A stretch of 64,000 bases of DNA from Giardia intestinalis (lineage: Eukaryota), in assembly GCA_000002435.2 (NCBI GenBank), contig CM018792.1; one strand, 5' to 3'. Every line of letters begins with the position of its first letter. Position 1 is the first letter of the stretch. Shown one piece after another: positions 9,685 through 18,290 of this stretch. The notes beneath the pieces are model-generated. The model saw only the letters and a program-made list of their open reading frames with translations, made no database searches and was not told where the DNA came from. The translations under genes were made by a program, and so were the position numbers.

Positions 9685-11211
9685 ATGTTAGGGTCTGAGC
9701 TAGGGAGCAGATACTCCATCGAAACGGTCCTGTCCGAGAACTCGATTAAGACGGAGCTCCTTCTGGCAGCGGTGGATGGTGATGACCGAGTTGCCGTCCA
9801 CGCCTTCAAACTTGGTTCCCTCCAGGACGCCATTATGACCGAGATCCGAAGAACAGCCCAAGATCTGTCTGGCGTCTCTCTGGAGGGCTTTCTGCCCATC
9901 AGTGAGATTGTCTGGGATGAGTCCTCTTCCCAGCTCTACATTCTGCAGAACATTAATAAGCTGGTCCCCCTCTCTGTTCTTGTCGAGGCGTCTGAAAAGC
10001 TCCCCGAAGATTATCTCTGGGCGGTTGTATCTCAGGTGGTCCAGGCGATAAAGACCCTCTCGCGCCAACAAGAGGCGCTAGGAGCACACATGAGCATTTC
10101 AATCACAAACATCTTCGTGACAGACACAAGAGGCACAGACGATCCTTCTGCCGAGTTCCTCGTCTTCCTTGGGCTTCCGTGCTTAGACCAAGCTCTTCAT
10201 CCCTGCATGCTCTCGGGCGACGTCTTCCAAAAGAGCATGTGTGCTCCAGAGCTGTTTGATAGTTTTATCCCTGACGTGCGATCAGACTTGTACTCACTTG
10301 GCGTTGTTATCTATACTTTGGTGATGCTGCGGAAGCCGTTTTCCCTCCACACGGCTGAGAATCTTCTTCAATCTATGAAGGTCCGTGAATACACTCCCAT
10401 TTGCGGTGTATCTGAGGAGCTGACTACCCTCATCGAGGATCTCCTGAATCCGCAGATAGATGAACGCCCCTCCTTAGACTATCTACTGTCTCTCCCACAA
10501 GTCCAAAAGAGTAAGACAAGGCATGGGATACCTAACGCTTCGCATGAGCCCCAGGTCGTCAACCAGGAAAGTGGAGGCGCTCCCGATCAAAGATCGCAGT
10601 CTCCGCGCCAGACAGATCTTTCTGTGGAGCCAGACAAGGACGGAAACACGACTCTCATGCGGCATGTCAAGCGCAACAATTGGTACGTTGCCAAACGCTT
10701 TGTGGAGACCCAGGCCAGATCTTACAATAACGAGGGAGTAACAGCGTTGATGCTTGCTGCGAGGCTGGGCTTCGTTAACATCGTGAAGGAGCTTGCTCCC
10801 TACGAGGCAGGCATGCAGAGCGTCTCTCCTGATTTCGAAGGGTATACCGCGATGATGTTTGCTGTTCAGCGGAACAGCCCCGAGTGTGTCAGATTACTGA
10901 TGGACGCTGAATCTGGCCTTGTAACCAAAGTTGGGCGCACAGCTCTCATGCTAGCAGCGGCAAACAGTCATCTGGAGTGCATAAAGCTCCTACTGGCGCG
11001 TGAAGGTGGACTCCAGGACATCGAGGGCTGGACGTCTCTTATGAATGCCGTCATCGTTTGCAGCCTAGATGCTATAGACGTCTTGGGAAACAAGGAGCGT
11101 GGGCTCAGAACAAAGCACAACAACACGGCTCTGGACCTTATGGACAACTTCGTTCGCGAAGAAGACAGAAACGAAGTCAAAAACCACCTGAGTGTCTTCG
11201 AGGCTAAATAG
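9685..11211 (+). CDS. NEK-like pseudokinase with C-terminal ankyrin repeats (Giardia NEK/21.1 family)
   Basis: Kinase-fold remnants (DLYSLGVVIYTLVMLRKPF, APE-like motif) but no GxGxxG or HRD. Ankyrin units read TTLMRHV.., TALMLAARLGFVNIVKEL, TALMLAAANSHLECIKLLL. The ATG at 9685 avoids overlap with Rpn11. Confidence 0.7.
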   Translation: MLGSELGSRYSIETVLSENSIKTELLLAAVDGDDRVAVHAFKLGSLQDAIMTEIRRTAQDLSGVSLEGFLPISEIVWDESSSQLYILQNINKLVPLSVLVEASEKLPEDYLWAVVSQVVQAIKTLSRQQEALGAHMSISITNIFVTDTRGTDDPSAEFLVFLGLPCLDQALHPCMLSGDVFQKSMCAPELFDSFIPDVRSDLYSLGVVIYTLVMLRKPFSLHTAENLLQSMKVREYTPICGVSEELTTLIEDLLNPQIDERPSLDYLLSLPQVQKSKTRHGIPNASHEPQVVNQESGGAPDQRSQSPRQTDLSVEPDKDGNTTLMRHVKRNNWYVAKRFVETQARSYNNEGVTALMLAARLGFVNIVKELAPYEAGMQSVSPDFEGYTAMMFAVQRNSPECVRLLMDAESGLVTKVGRTALMLAAANSHLECIKLLLAREGGLQDIEGWTSLMNAVIVCSLDAIDVLGNKERGLRTKHNNTALDLMDNFVREEDRNEVKNHLSVFEAK

Positions 11212-11246
11212 TCAGGCGGGTGTAAATCAATCAGATTATTTACAAG

Positions 11247-13718
11247 TTACTTCATGTAGGTCTTTATTAGCGCCTTGACGTCGTTGTTGATCGTGTTTGC
11301 GCGAGCAGCCTTTCCGAACGCCTTGCCCTCACGAGGCCCCAACAAGCGGATGCTATCGACTCCGTTGCAGCGGGCTGCCATTGTAAGCGCGCTGGTGGAG
11401 GCGTTCACGCTCATCCCAGCCTCCTTCTCGAGCAATATCTCGACACACCTAAAGTAGTTCTTACTAGCTGCGGCCATGAGCGCGGTGCTCTTTGAGTTGT
11501 TGGCCATCCCGCCCTCCCTTGGAAGAAGGATGCGGCAGACCTCTTCGTGGCCACAATGAGCAGCAGCCATTAGCGCGGTGCACCCGGAGTTGTCCTTCAG
11601 GCCGGCCTCCTCCTGGACAAGGAGATTGCAGACATTCGCGCTTCCCTTGAAGGCAGCGATCATAAGGGCCGTGACGTTAGTGTACTCCCAGTTGGAGCAG
11701 GAATAAGATTTGCAGCGCATTGTGGCCTCCTTGCTGAGAAGAAGCTTTGCAACATCCACCGCGTCCATTTCTGCGGCCTTCATGAGCGCGGTGCGCCCAT
11801 CCGAGGACGTCAGTCCGGCTTCTCTATCCACGACGAGCATTGCGACATCGATATTGTTGCGTTCTGCAGCCACCATGAGAGCAGTTCTCCCGAACACGTC
11901 ATTGCGCCCAACCTCGGCGGAAAGGCACAGCTTCGCGATCTCGACACTTCCATTCCAAGCCGCATACATGAGCGTACTGATCCCGTTCACGTCATAGATT
12001 CCAATCTCCTCCTGGAGAACGGCAGCCGCCTCATGGTGGCCCCGTATGGTGGCCCACGACAGAGCGCTGAACCCGACACCCCAGTATCCGCTCTTCATCG
12101 TGATCTTGAGCTCCTTCTCCTTGAGCTGCAGAACGCAGTCGACGTGATTACGCTCCGCAGCCATCATGAGGGCTGTGCGTCCATCGATGTCGCAAAGCTT
12201 GGCCTCGTGTTCTATGAGGAGAGCCGCACACGCAGGCTGATTCCACCACGAAGTATACATGAGAGCCGTGACATTGCGCTCTGTGACCAGCTGAGCCTCT
12301 GCCGGGATGAGGATCCTCACGCAGTCTACGTGTCCATTCATCGCAGCCCAAGAGAGAGCACTAAACCCGAAGTCCCACTTGGTTGTGCGCATCCGGATCC
12401 CCTTCTCATACTCGAGAAGAAGCTTGACACACTCGAGGTGGCCATTTGCTGCTGCTGCCATGAGCGCGGTGAGCCCGGCCCTATTGTGTTTCGTCACTTG
12501 ACTCAGGTTTTGCTTGCAGCCGTTGAGGTCGCCTGCGCGCGCCGCCGCAATTAGTGGTGTGTCACCCTCTTGCGAGAGTTCTATCTTCTTTTGATCTACA
12601 GAAGGAGGCACAAAGATGGCGGAGTCTGTGACGGGCTTCTCAGCCTTGCGAGTGAGAAGTGCGTCAAGGAACCTATCCTTTGGCGGATCCAGCTCGTCCT
12701 GGAGTCTTTCCACGCTCTCCTCCTCTGAGACCATGTTCTTGATGGACAGAAGAATCGTGTCGGGTTTCTCATCGTGTCTTTCCTCGTGGGTGTCGAAAGT
12801 TGGAAGGGACGCTGTTAAGAACGACATGAACCTCTCTGTAGCTTTATCGATCTTCGGATGGGTGAGAAGAGAAGCTGCTGTGGGGCGGTTTGCGGGCGAC
12901 AAGTCCATCATCCGTGCCACGACATTCTGCAGATCGGTCGAGTAATTGATGATAGGTAAATAGGTGCCAGTGCAGATCTTCTTGATGGTGTCGTCCTTGG
13001 TAGGAGCTACAAAGGGCGCGCGCAACATGGCAACAGAGTAGATAATCGCACCAAGAGACCAGATGTCCGAGGCGGGGCTGTACTCGGGACGCGAACCGTC
13101 GCTATCGAAGAGCTCCGGAGCCATGTACTGGACACTTTGGTGGCTTGCCTTGTCCATGAAAAGCTGGCTGATTGCCTTGTTGATGGAGAAATCGCCGAGC
13201 TTGACGACGCCTGTCTCGCTGATCATAACGTTCGAAGGCTTGAGATTCCCGTGGCAGACCTCGCGGTACTTGAGCTCGCGGCCGTCCTTGAAGACGATTC
13301 TCTTCTCCGCCGTATGCAGGTAGTCAAGCGCCTTAAGAGCCTGCTCCAGAAGGCTCCAGATGCGCTCCTCTGCAAGGAAGCGGTTCTCCTTGATGTGTGT
13401 GCTAATAAGAAGCTGCAGGTTCGAGACGCAGACCTCGGAGATCAAGTAGTAAAGACGGTGGCGCGAATCATGAATCACCGACTCGAGGTGGGTCAGGTAC
13501 GGAGACGAGAGTTGCGAAAGCGCCTCTACATCGTCCAAAATTGCCTGCGTGTCATTCAGCCGGATCCCTAGATAGCTAACCTTCTTCACAATGACTGGGG
13601 CCTGGGTCTCAGAGTTGTGAGCTCTGTACACGGTGCCTACCACGCCAGTGGCGACGCGCTTGTCGACCACATAAGGGTCTGGAAGCGTCGCGGGCCGAAC
13701 CAAAGGACTGCTGATCAT
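11247..13718 (-). CDS. NEK-family kinase-like protein with a long ankyrin-repeat tail. The catalytic Asp is replaced (HGNLKPSN; DFS for DFG), so it is a predicted pseudokinase.
   Basis: GTVYRAH..VIVKKV (VAIK-like), HGNLKPSNVMI, KLGDFS, APE (YMAPELF), followed by more than 12 ankyrin repeats (TALMAAAANGHLECVKLLL etc.). Confidence 0.8.
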   Translation of the reverse strand: MISSPLVRPATLPDPYVVDKRVATGVVGTVYRAHNSETQAPVIVKKVSYLGIRLNDTQAILDDVEALSQLSSPYLTHLESVIHDSRHRLYYLISEVCVSNLQLLISTHIKENRFLAEERIWSLLEQALKALDYLHTAEKRIVFKDGRELKYREVCHGNLKPSNVMISETGVVKLGDFSINKAISQLFMDKASHQSVQYMAPELFDSDGSRPEYSPASDIWSLGAIIYSVAMLRAPFVAPTKDDTIKKICTGTYLPIINYSTDLQNVVARMMDLSPANRPTAASLLTHPKIDKATERFMSFLTASLPTFDTHEERHDEKPDTILLSIKNMVSEEESVERLQDELDPPKDRFLDALLTRKAEKPVTDSAIFVPPSVDQKKIELSQEGDTPLIAAARAGDLNGCKQNLSQVTKHNRAGLTALMAAAANGHLECVKLLLEYEKGIRMRTTKWDFGFSALSWAAMNGHVDCVRILIPAEAQLVTERNVTALMYTSWWNQPACAALLIEHEAKLCDIDGRTALMMAAERNHVDCVLQLKEKELKITMKSGYWGVGFSALSWATIRGHHEAAAVLQEEIGIYDVNGISTLMYAAWNGSVEIAKLCLSAEVGRNDVFGRTALMVAAERNNIDVAMLVVDREAGLTSSDGRTALMKAAEMDAVDVAKLLLSKEATMRCKSYSCSNWEYTNVTALMIAAFKGSANVCNLLVQEEAGLKDNSGCTALMAAAHCGHEEVCRILLPREGGMANNSKSTALMAAASKNYFRCVEILLEKEAGMSVNASTSALTMAARCNGVDSIRLLGPREGKAFGKAARANTINNDVKALIKTYMK

Positions 13719-13769
13719 CGGGCAGATTATTTTAATTTCGCTTTTCGGGTTTTGGCGCCGGGTCTGTGG

Positions 13770-15263
13770 ATGGCTGTTGACACAACAGGGGGCCGCGTCA
13801 GGCGCAAGTCTCTGGTTTCCTGCGACTTCTTTGAGAAGGTTTATGCAGCTACTGATGACCAGAGGCGCGATCTTCTCATACGGGAGGTGGACTTCTCTAG
13901 CATGCCTAAGTCTGGCGCTCAGCGCATCTTGGCCGCCTATTCTCTGCTTTCCAAGCTCTCAAGCCCTGGCCTGGTTGGGTGCACCATTGTCAAGACTACT
14001 CCCAGCTCGCTTGTTGCAGAGCTTGATATCACGGGCGCCACTACTCTTGCGTCCTATATCCGCCACAGGACTGTCTTGGGTGACCGTCTTCCAGAAGAGC
14101 AGATTTTACGCATCACTTACCAAATTGCCGCCGTTCTTTCCTTCCTCAGCTCCGGTCTGATCTCCATCGGAAACGCTCCCGTACGCTTGGCCTGCCTCTC
14201 TCTTAGCCCACAGACTATTTACATCCATGGCGGGTCCACTATCATGCTTGGCGACTTCTCCTCATCGTCAATCCACGGCTCACGCATCAGTGGTCCCCTT
14301 CCCCCTGAGCGTTGCTATCTTTCCCCTGAAGTTTGGGCAGATCGCATCTCTAGCCCATGCGTTGACATGTGGTCGTTGGGATGTATCGTTTACGAGCTCT
14401 GCACAGGAGTGCCGCCCCCGCTGCTCTCTGTAGAGAGTGCTGGCCTCAACGCTGCGATCAAGCAATACACGGCCTCCATTCTGGCGGACATCAGCAAAAC
14501 CCCCTACAGCAAGGGGATCAGCGCTCTTGTGGAAGGCCTCCTCGCCCCAGCCTCTGCCCGTCTTTCAGCCAGCGCGGTGATGGAGCATGAAGCCATGCGT
14601 GCCATCCACCAAAGCAAAGAATACGCGCATCTATCTCATAGAAGCCCTCTTCAACTCCCAAACTCTGGCGCGTTGGCGTCTACTTATTCATCTCCAGTTC
14701 CTGTTCTTTTGTGTATGCGGCAGACGACCGCGCCCACCACTTCAGCTACCTCCTCGCAGAAGATAAGCGTCAAGATTTCCGCACCATCCTCGAGGGCCCC
14801 GTCTGAGCTGCAGTCACCCAAGAAGACTAGGCACGCTGCCAGGAGCGTTCCTCCTCGTGATAGCCCTGTGAAGTCTTCGCAGGCACTGTCAAATTGGGGC
14901 TATGGGAAGGCCCTCTCTAATCTCATGCAGGCTGCGAAGCGTGGTGACTGCGATGCTGCGCGCGCCCATCTGCAAGACATCAGGCGGACCTCGACGACAG
15001 GTACCACCGCGCTGATGATCGCAGCCTTCAAGGGCCATCTTCCGGTTGTTACGCTTTTGCTGAACCACGAGAAGGGAATGCGGGATGCACGAGGACGGAA
15101 TGCGCTCCAATACGCGGTTCGTGCGGGGCAGCCAGAGTGTGTCAAGGCACTGCTCGAGGCCGAGTTCGACGAGCTCGACGTGGGTATGCTGCACGCGGCG
15201 ATGCAGGCCAGCGGGGCTCCGGCCGTCGTCGCGCTGATCCAGGCGGCGTGCCGGAGGAAGTAA
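13770..15263 (+). CDS. NEK-like pseudokinase with C-terminal ankyrin repeats
   Basis: Degenerate kinase core (MLGDFSSSSIH, SPEVW, DMWSLGCIVYEL) and a C-terminal TALMIAAFKGHLPVVTLLL ankyrin block. The ATG at 13770 lies 50 bp from the divergent NEK gene, separated by an AT-rich initiator (attattttaatttcgc). Confidence 0.65.
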   Translation: MAVDTTGGRVRRKSLVSCDFFEKVYAATDDQRRDLLIREVDFSSMPKSGAQRILAAYSLLSKLSSPGLVGCTIVKTTPSSLVAELDITGATTLASYIRHRTVLGDRLPEEQILRITYQIAAVLSFLSSGLISIGNAPVRLACLSLSPQTIYIHGGSTIMLGDFSSSSIHGSRISGPLPPERCYLSPEVWADRISSPCVDMWSLGCIVYELCTGVPPPLLSVESAGLNAAIKQYTASILADISKTPYSKGISALVEGLLAPASARLSASAVMEHEAMRAIHQSKEYAHLSHRSPLQLPNSGALASTYSSPVPVLLCMRQTTAPTTSATSSQKISVKISAPSSRAPSELQSPKKTRHAARSVPPRDSPVKSSQALSNWGYGKALSNLMQAAKRGDCDAARAHLQDIRRTSTTGTTALMIAAFKGHLPVVTLLLNHEKGMRDARGRNALQYAVRAGQPECVKALLEAEFDELDVGMLHAAMQASGAPAVVALIQAACRRK

Positions 15264-15340
15264 AGGAGCGGCGCTCACCCGTTTGCAGGGGGAGTCGCAG
15301 GGCTCTCTCACGCCCATCGCGTCCTCCTCCGCGCCGGCAC

Positions 15341-15413
15341 GCCCCCGTGGCGCAATGGATAGCGCGCTTGACTCCTAATCAAGAGGTTGCGAGTTCGAAT
15401 CTCGCCGGGGGTG
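15341..15413 (+). tRNA. tRNA-Arg (anticodon CCT)
   Basis: GCCCCCG/TG/GCGC-AATGGATA-GCGC/G/CTTGA-CTCCTAA-TCAAG/AGGTT/GCGAG-TTCGAAT-CTCGC/CGGGGGT/G folds as a cloverleaf with a 7-bp acceptor stem and GTTCGAAT T-loop. Anticodon positions 34-36 are CCT. A TTTT Pol III terminator follows. Confidence 0.9.
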
Positions 15414-15514
15414 CTTTTCCCGGCCGGTCCGGGACCCGGGGGGAGGCCGAGCGGTGCGTGCACGGGCACGGCCCCGCCTGCTCAAGGACGCCCTCATTTA
15501 AATCGTTACAAAAA

Positions 15515-16489
15515 ATGGCCCTGGGCGAGCACGAGCTTCTTGCAGCAGACGGCCCTCGGCTCCGCGCAGCGCTTCAGGGGCTTTCCAGCCAGATGGATGA
15601 TGTCTGCAAGGCAGTCGGGGTCCTCCAATCCAAGCTCAAGGAGGAGACCCGCACAGTTGGAGGCCTCCCTGTTCTGGCTGCAAAAAACATCATTCTTGCC
15701 AAGTACCTTCATGCACTGGCCGCATTTACCGAGGAAAAGGTCTCCGGGACGCTTTTACTCGACAAGATCTCTCCCTGTGTCGCGGAAGCTATAGAAACAA
15801 GAGTCCTGTATGACAAAGCGCTTATTCTCGAGAAGAGGCTCAGTCGCCAGATAGCCTCCATGCTACAGAACGTTGTCAACGACATGGCTGCCACGGTGCA
15901 CAGGGCCCCCATAGAGAGGGAGGCGGCCATCGACGACCTACTATCAGACTCGGACCGAAGCAACAGCCACGAGGAGCCACTTGATGAAATGGTGGAGCGT
16001 AAGCAGCGGCAATCTCAGGAAGAGAAAGAAGCGGTCTCCAACTCGAAGTTCCGCAAGAAGCGTGACATGGACGCAGGACCAGATGGCCCGTCTGCGCAAC
16101 AGCTGCGAGACGCCGCCATCTCAACTCGCAGACTGGTCAAGCAAGGAGTTGTTTTGGATCTTCTTGACTACTACGAGGGAAGGCCCTCCGAGGAGCGAGC
16201 CGGACATGGCCGGACCACCATTGATCGTGAATTAGACGAGTATGAGATGGAGAACTACAGGCGTGTCTCAAGTGGAAAACGGCGTGAGCTAGAGAAGAAG
16301 GCCCGGGCAGCCGAGGACGCTACTGAGAATTTACTAGACAGCACGCTTGCTAACGACGTGATACGAATGGGAAAGCACCTAGACTATGCCCGCTCCAATA
16401 TTGAGGATACGCAGAGCAAGCTAGATAAGCTGGTGGACTCGACCACCAGGAAGGCAGACCGTGATTCCAAACGAAAGAGAAAAGCCTAA
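15515..16489 (+). CDS. Hypothetical coiled-coil nuclear protein with a basic C-terminus (..DSKRKRKA). It is possibly a Sas10/Utp3-Lcp5/neuroguidin family member.
   Basis: The ATG at 15515 lies behind cattttaaatcgttacaaaaa. The 450-aa ORF in the track is an artefact that reads through the tRNA. The N-terminal heptad pattern weakly resembles the neuroguidin Sas10 domain. Its stop codon overlaps the stop of the convergent gene. Confidence 0.55.
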   Translation: MALGEHELLAADGPRLRAALQGLSSQMDDVCKAVGVLQSKLKEETRTVGGLPVLAAKNIILAKYLHALAAFTEEKVSGTLLLDKISPCVAEAIETRVLYDKALILEKRLSRQIASMLQNVVNDMAATVHRAPIEREAAIDDLLSDSDRSNSHEEPLDEMVERKQRQSQEEKEAVSNSKFRKKRDMDAGPDGPSAQQLRDAAISTRRLVKQGVVLDLLDYYEGRPSEERAGHGRTTIDRELDEYEMENYRRVSSGKRRELEKKARAAEDATENLLDSTLANDVIRMGKHLDYARSNIEDTQSKLDKLVDSTTRKADRDSKRKRKA

Positions 16490-17595
16490 TGCGACATCTG
16501 GGTGATCTCTTCTCGATAGTCAACAAACTTCATTGAAAGGAGCGTCGTGAATATTTCCCTCCAAGAGAGATAGTCCATCTTATCACTGTCCTCCCCGATG
16601 CAACACTTCCTGAGGACATAGAGTATATCTTCGCGAAGAGGGATCGCGTACTGACATCGAGGGTCGACAACTGCTTTCCTGCTCAGGCCGCTAGGGGTCC
16701 GGAGTCGCGGCGGTGTTCTGGGGCGAGTAGGGTCTGGAGCTGTCCGTACATTGCTCACAACTTTCTTTACCTCTCGCCCTTCTGTCTTGGCTTTAATTCT
16801 CTCAAGCTGTGTGTTCTTGTCTGTCAAGTATTCACAAATGCTTTGAAAGTCCTTGGCCTCTTCTAGCTGGGTCTCGATGTCGCGGTAAGCAGATATAAGT
16901 AAATCGGCCACTTTTTCTATTGGCACAGTATCCTTAATGGAAGCTGCGCCCAGCATCTTGAAGGACTCCAGAGCAAAGTCTTTGTCGTCTGAGGGCCCGA
17001 CACGGTAGCTCATGATCTCGCTGACTTGCGCGGGTGTCAAACAAGTCCGTTTGCCCAGAGCCCCTGCACCTCCCTGGTCCCCCCGCGTCTGTCCTCCCAC
17101 GGCCCTGCCATTAATGCTACCAGTGAAGGGTGCCCGGAGCAAGTGTTCGCACCCATGGAGAGACAGCTCGCAGATGGGCTGCATACGCTTCTGGAAAAGG
17201 TCTGGGGTTACTACATTGAACTGATTTGTATAACCGTGCTGGTGGGAGAAGTAGCTCAGTCCGTATGCTATCTCATCCTTCGTCAGTTGCATTTGCGGCT
17301 GAAGCTTACTGGCCTGTTCTTCTTCCATGGCTTCTGTTACATCATCAATTGCGCCAGAGATGCTTCCAGAACCACTAGCAGCTTCTGGTGGCTCGCCGCT
17401 CTCTGCAACGGTCTCAGGGCCCTGAGCCTCGTCGTCGGGCTGAGGCTCTGCTGACTGCTCGTGCTCTGACTGTGGGTCAGTAGACTGAGGCTCGCACGTC
17501 TCACCAGCAGCCTCCGAGTGACTCTGTTCCTCTGCAGGGGCTAAGGAGCTTTGGGTTACTTCAGATGCAACGGGGTTAGAATCCAGTTCACTCAT
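16486..17595 (-). CDS. Hypothetical acidic protein, 369 aa
   Basis: Long ORF starting MSELDSNPV. This ATG overlaps the upstream PLPBP stop as GATGAGTGA. I recognise no homolog. Confidence 0.5.
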   Translation of the reverse strand: MSELDSNPVASEVTQSSLAPAEEQSHSEAAGETCEPQSTDPQSEHEQSAEPQPDDEAQGPETVAESGEPPEAASGSGSISGAIDDVTEAMEEEQASKLQPQMQLTKDEIAYGLSYFSHQHGYTNQFNVVTPDLFQKRMQPICELSLHGCEHLLRAPFTGSINGRAVGGQTRGDQGGAGALGKRTCLTPAQVSEIMSYRVGPSDDKDFALESFKMLGAASIKDTVPIEKVADLLISAYRDIETQLEEAKDFQSICEYLTDKNTQLERIKAKTEGREVKKVVSNVRTAPDPTRPRTPPRLRTPSGLSRKAVVDPRCQYAIPLREDILYVLRKCCIGEDSDKMDYLSWREIFTTLLSMKFVDYREEITQMSH

Positions 17596-18280
17596 CCGAA
17601 TTTTGAAGTTGACCCTTCTGTTGTGAATAAGTGCGCTCGCCAAAGATGGCAGATCCAACTCGGACGTAGTCAGCGCCCATCTTCACCGCCAATTGATAGT
17701 CGGAACTCATCCCCATGGAGAGCTCAAGCTTCTCCTCAAGCTTGACGGCTTGCTCGATGACATTGCGGGCGTCCACAAGTGCTCTGAAGGAGTATTCCGA
17801 GGCATCTGGGGCTCCTATGGTCATGAGTCCAATAAGTCTAAGTCGAGGAAGGGCACTAATCAACTGAGCCAATTCAATTGCATCTTCGACGGTGCACCCG
17901 CTTTTTGTGAGCTCACCGCTAATGTTAATCTGTATCATCACCCGTAACGGACCCAGCTCATCTGGTCGCAATTCGCTCAATCGCCTGGCAAGCCTATCAG
18001 AATCCACTGTCTGGACAACACAATTTGGAATGAAGGCGACGTCTCGTGCTTTATTAGTTTGTAGGTGGCCAATAAAGTGCCACTCAATATCGCTTGCCAC
18101 GCCCTGCACGGCCTCAGCCTTTTTCACTAGTTCCTGGACATAGTTCTCTCCAAACAGACGCTGGCCGGCCGCATACGCCTCGAGAATTGCCTCTACTGGC
18201 TTTGTCTTTGAGACAGCAATGAGCTTTGCGTGTCCTAATCCTGCCCTAATATCTCTGAGAGCGCCGGCAACGGTAGACAT
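17588..18280 (-). CDS. PLPBP: Pyridoxal-phosphate homeostasis protein PLPBP/YggS (PROSC) family
   Basis: IAVSKTKP...AGQRLFGENYVQE...WHFIGHLQTNK is the YggS/PLPBP signature, with the PLP lysine in SKTKP. The ATG at 18280 lies behind an AT-rich initiator. Confidence 0.85.
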   Translation of the reverse strand: MSTVAGALRDIRAGLGHAKLIAVSKTKPVEAILEAYAAGQRLFGENYVQELVKKAEAVQGVASDIEWHFIGHLQTNKARDVAFIPNCVVQTVDSDRLARRLSELRPDELGPLRVMIQINISGELTKSGCTVEDAIELAQLISALPRLRLIGLMTIGAPDASEYSFRALVDARNVIEQAVKLEEKLELSMGMSSDYQLAVKMGADYVRVGSAIFGERTYSQQKGQLQNSDE

Positions 18281-18290
18281 TTTAAGAAGC

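Noticed and set aside
15137-16489. 450-aa ORF beginning MCQGTARGRVRRARRG
   Set aside because: Its first 126 codons read through a bona fide tRNA-Arg gene and GC-rich flanks. The real CDS starts at the ATG at 15515 behind an AT-rich initiator.
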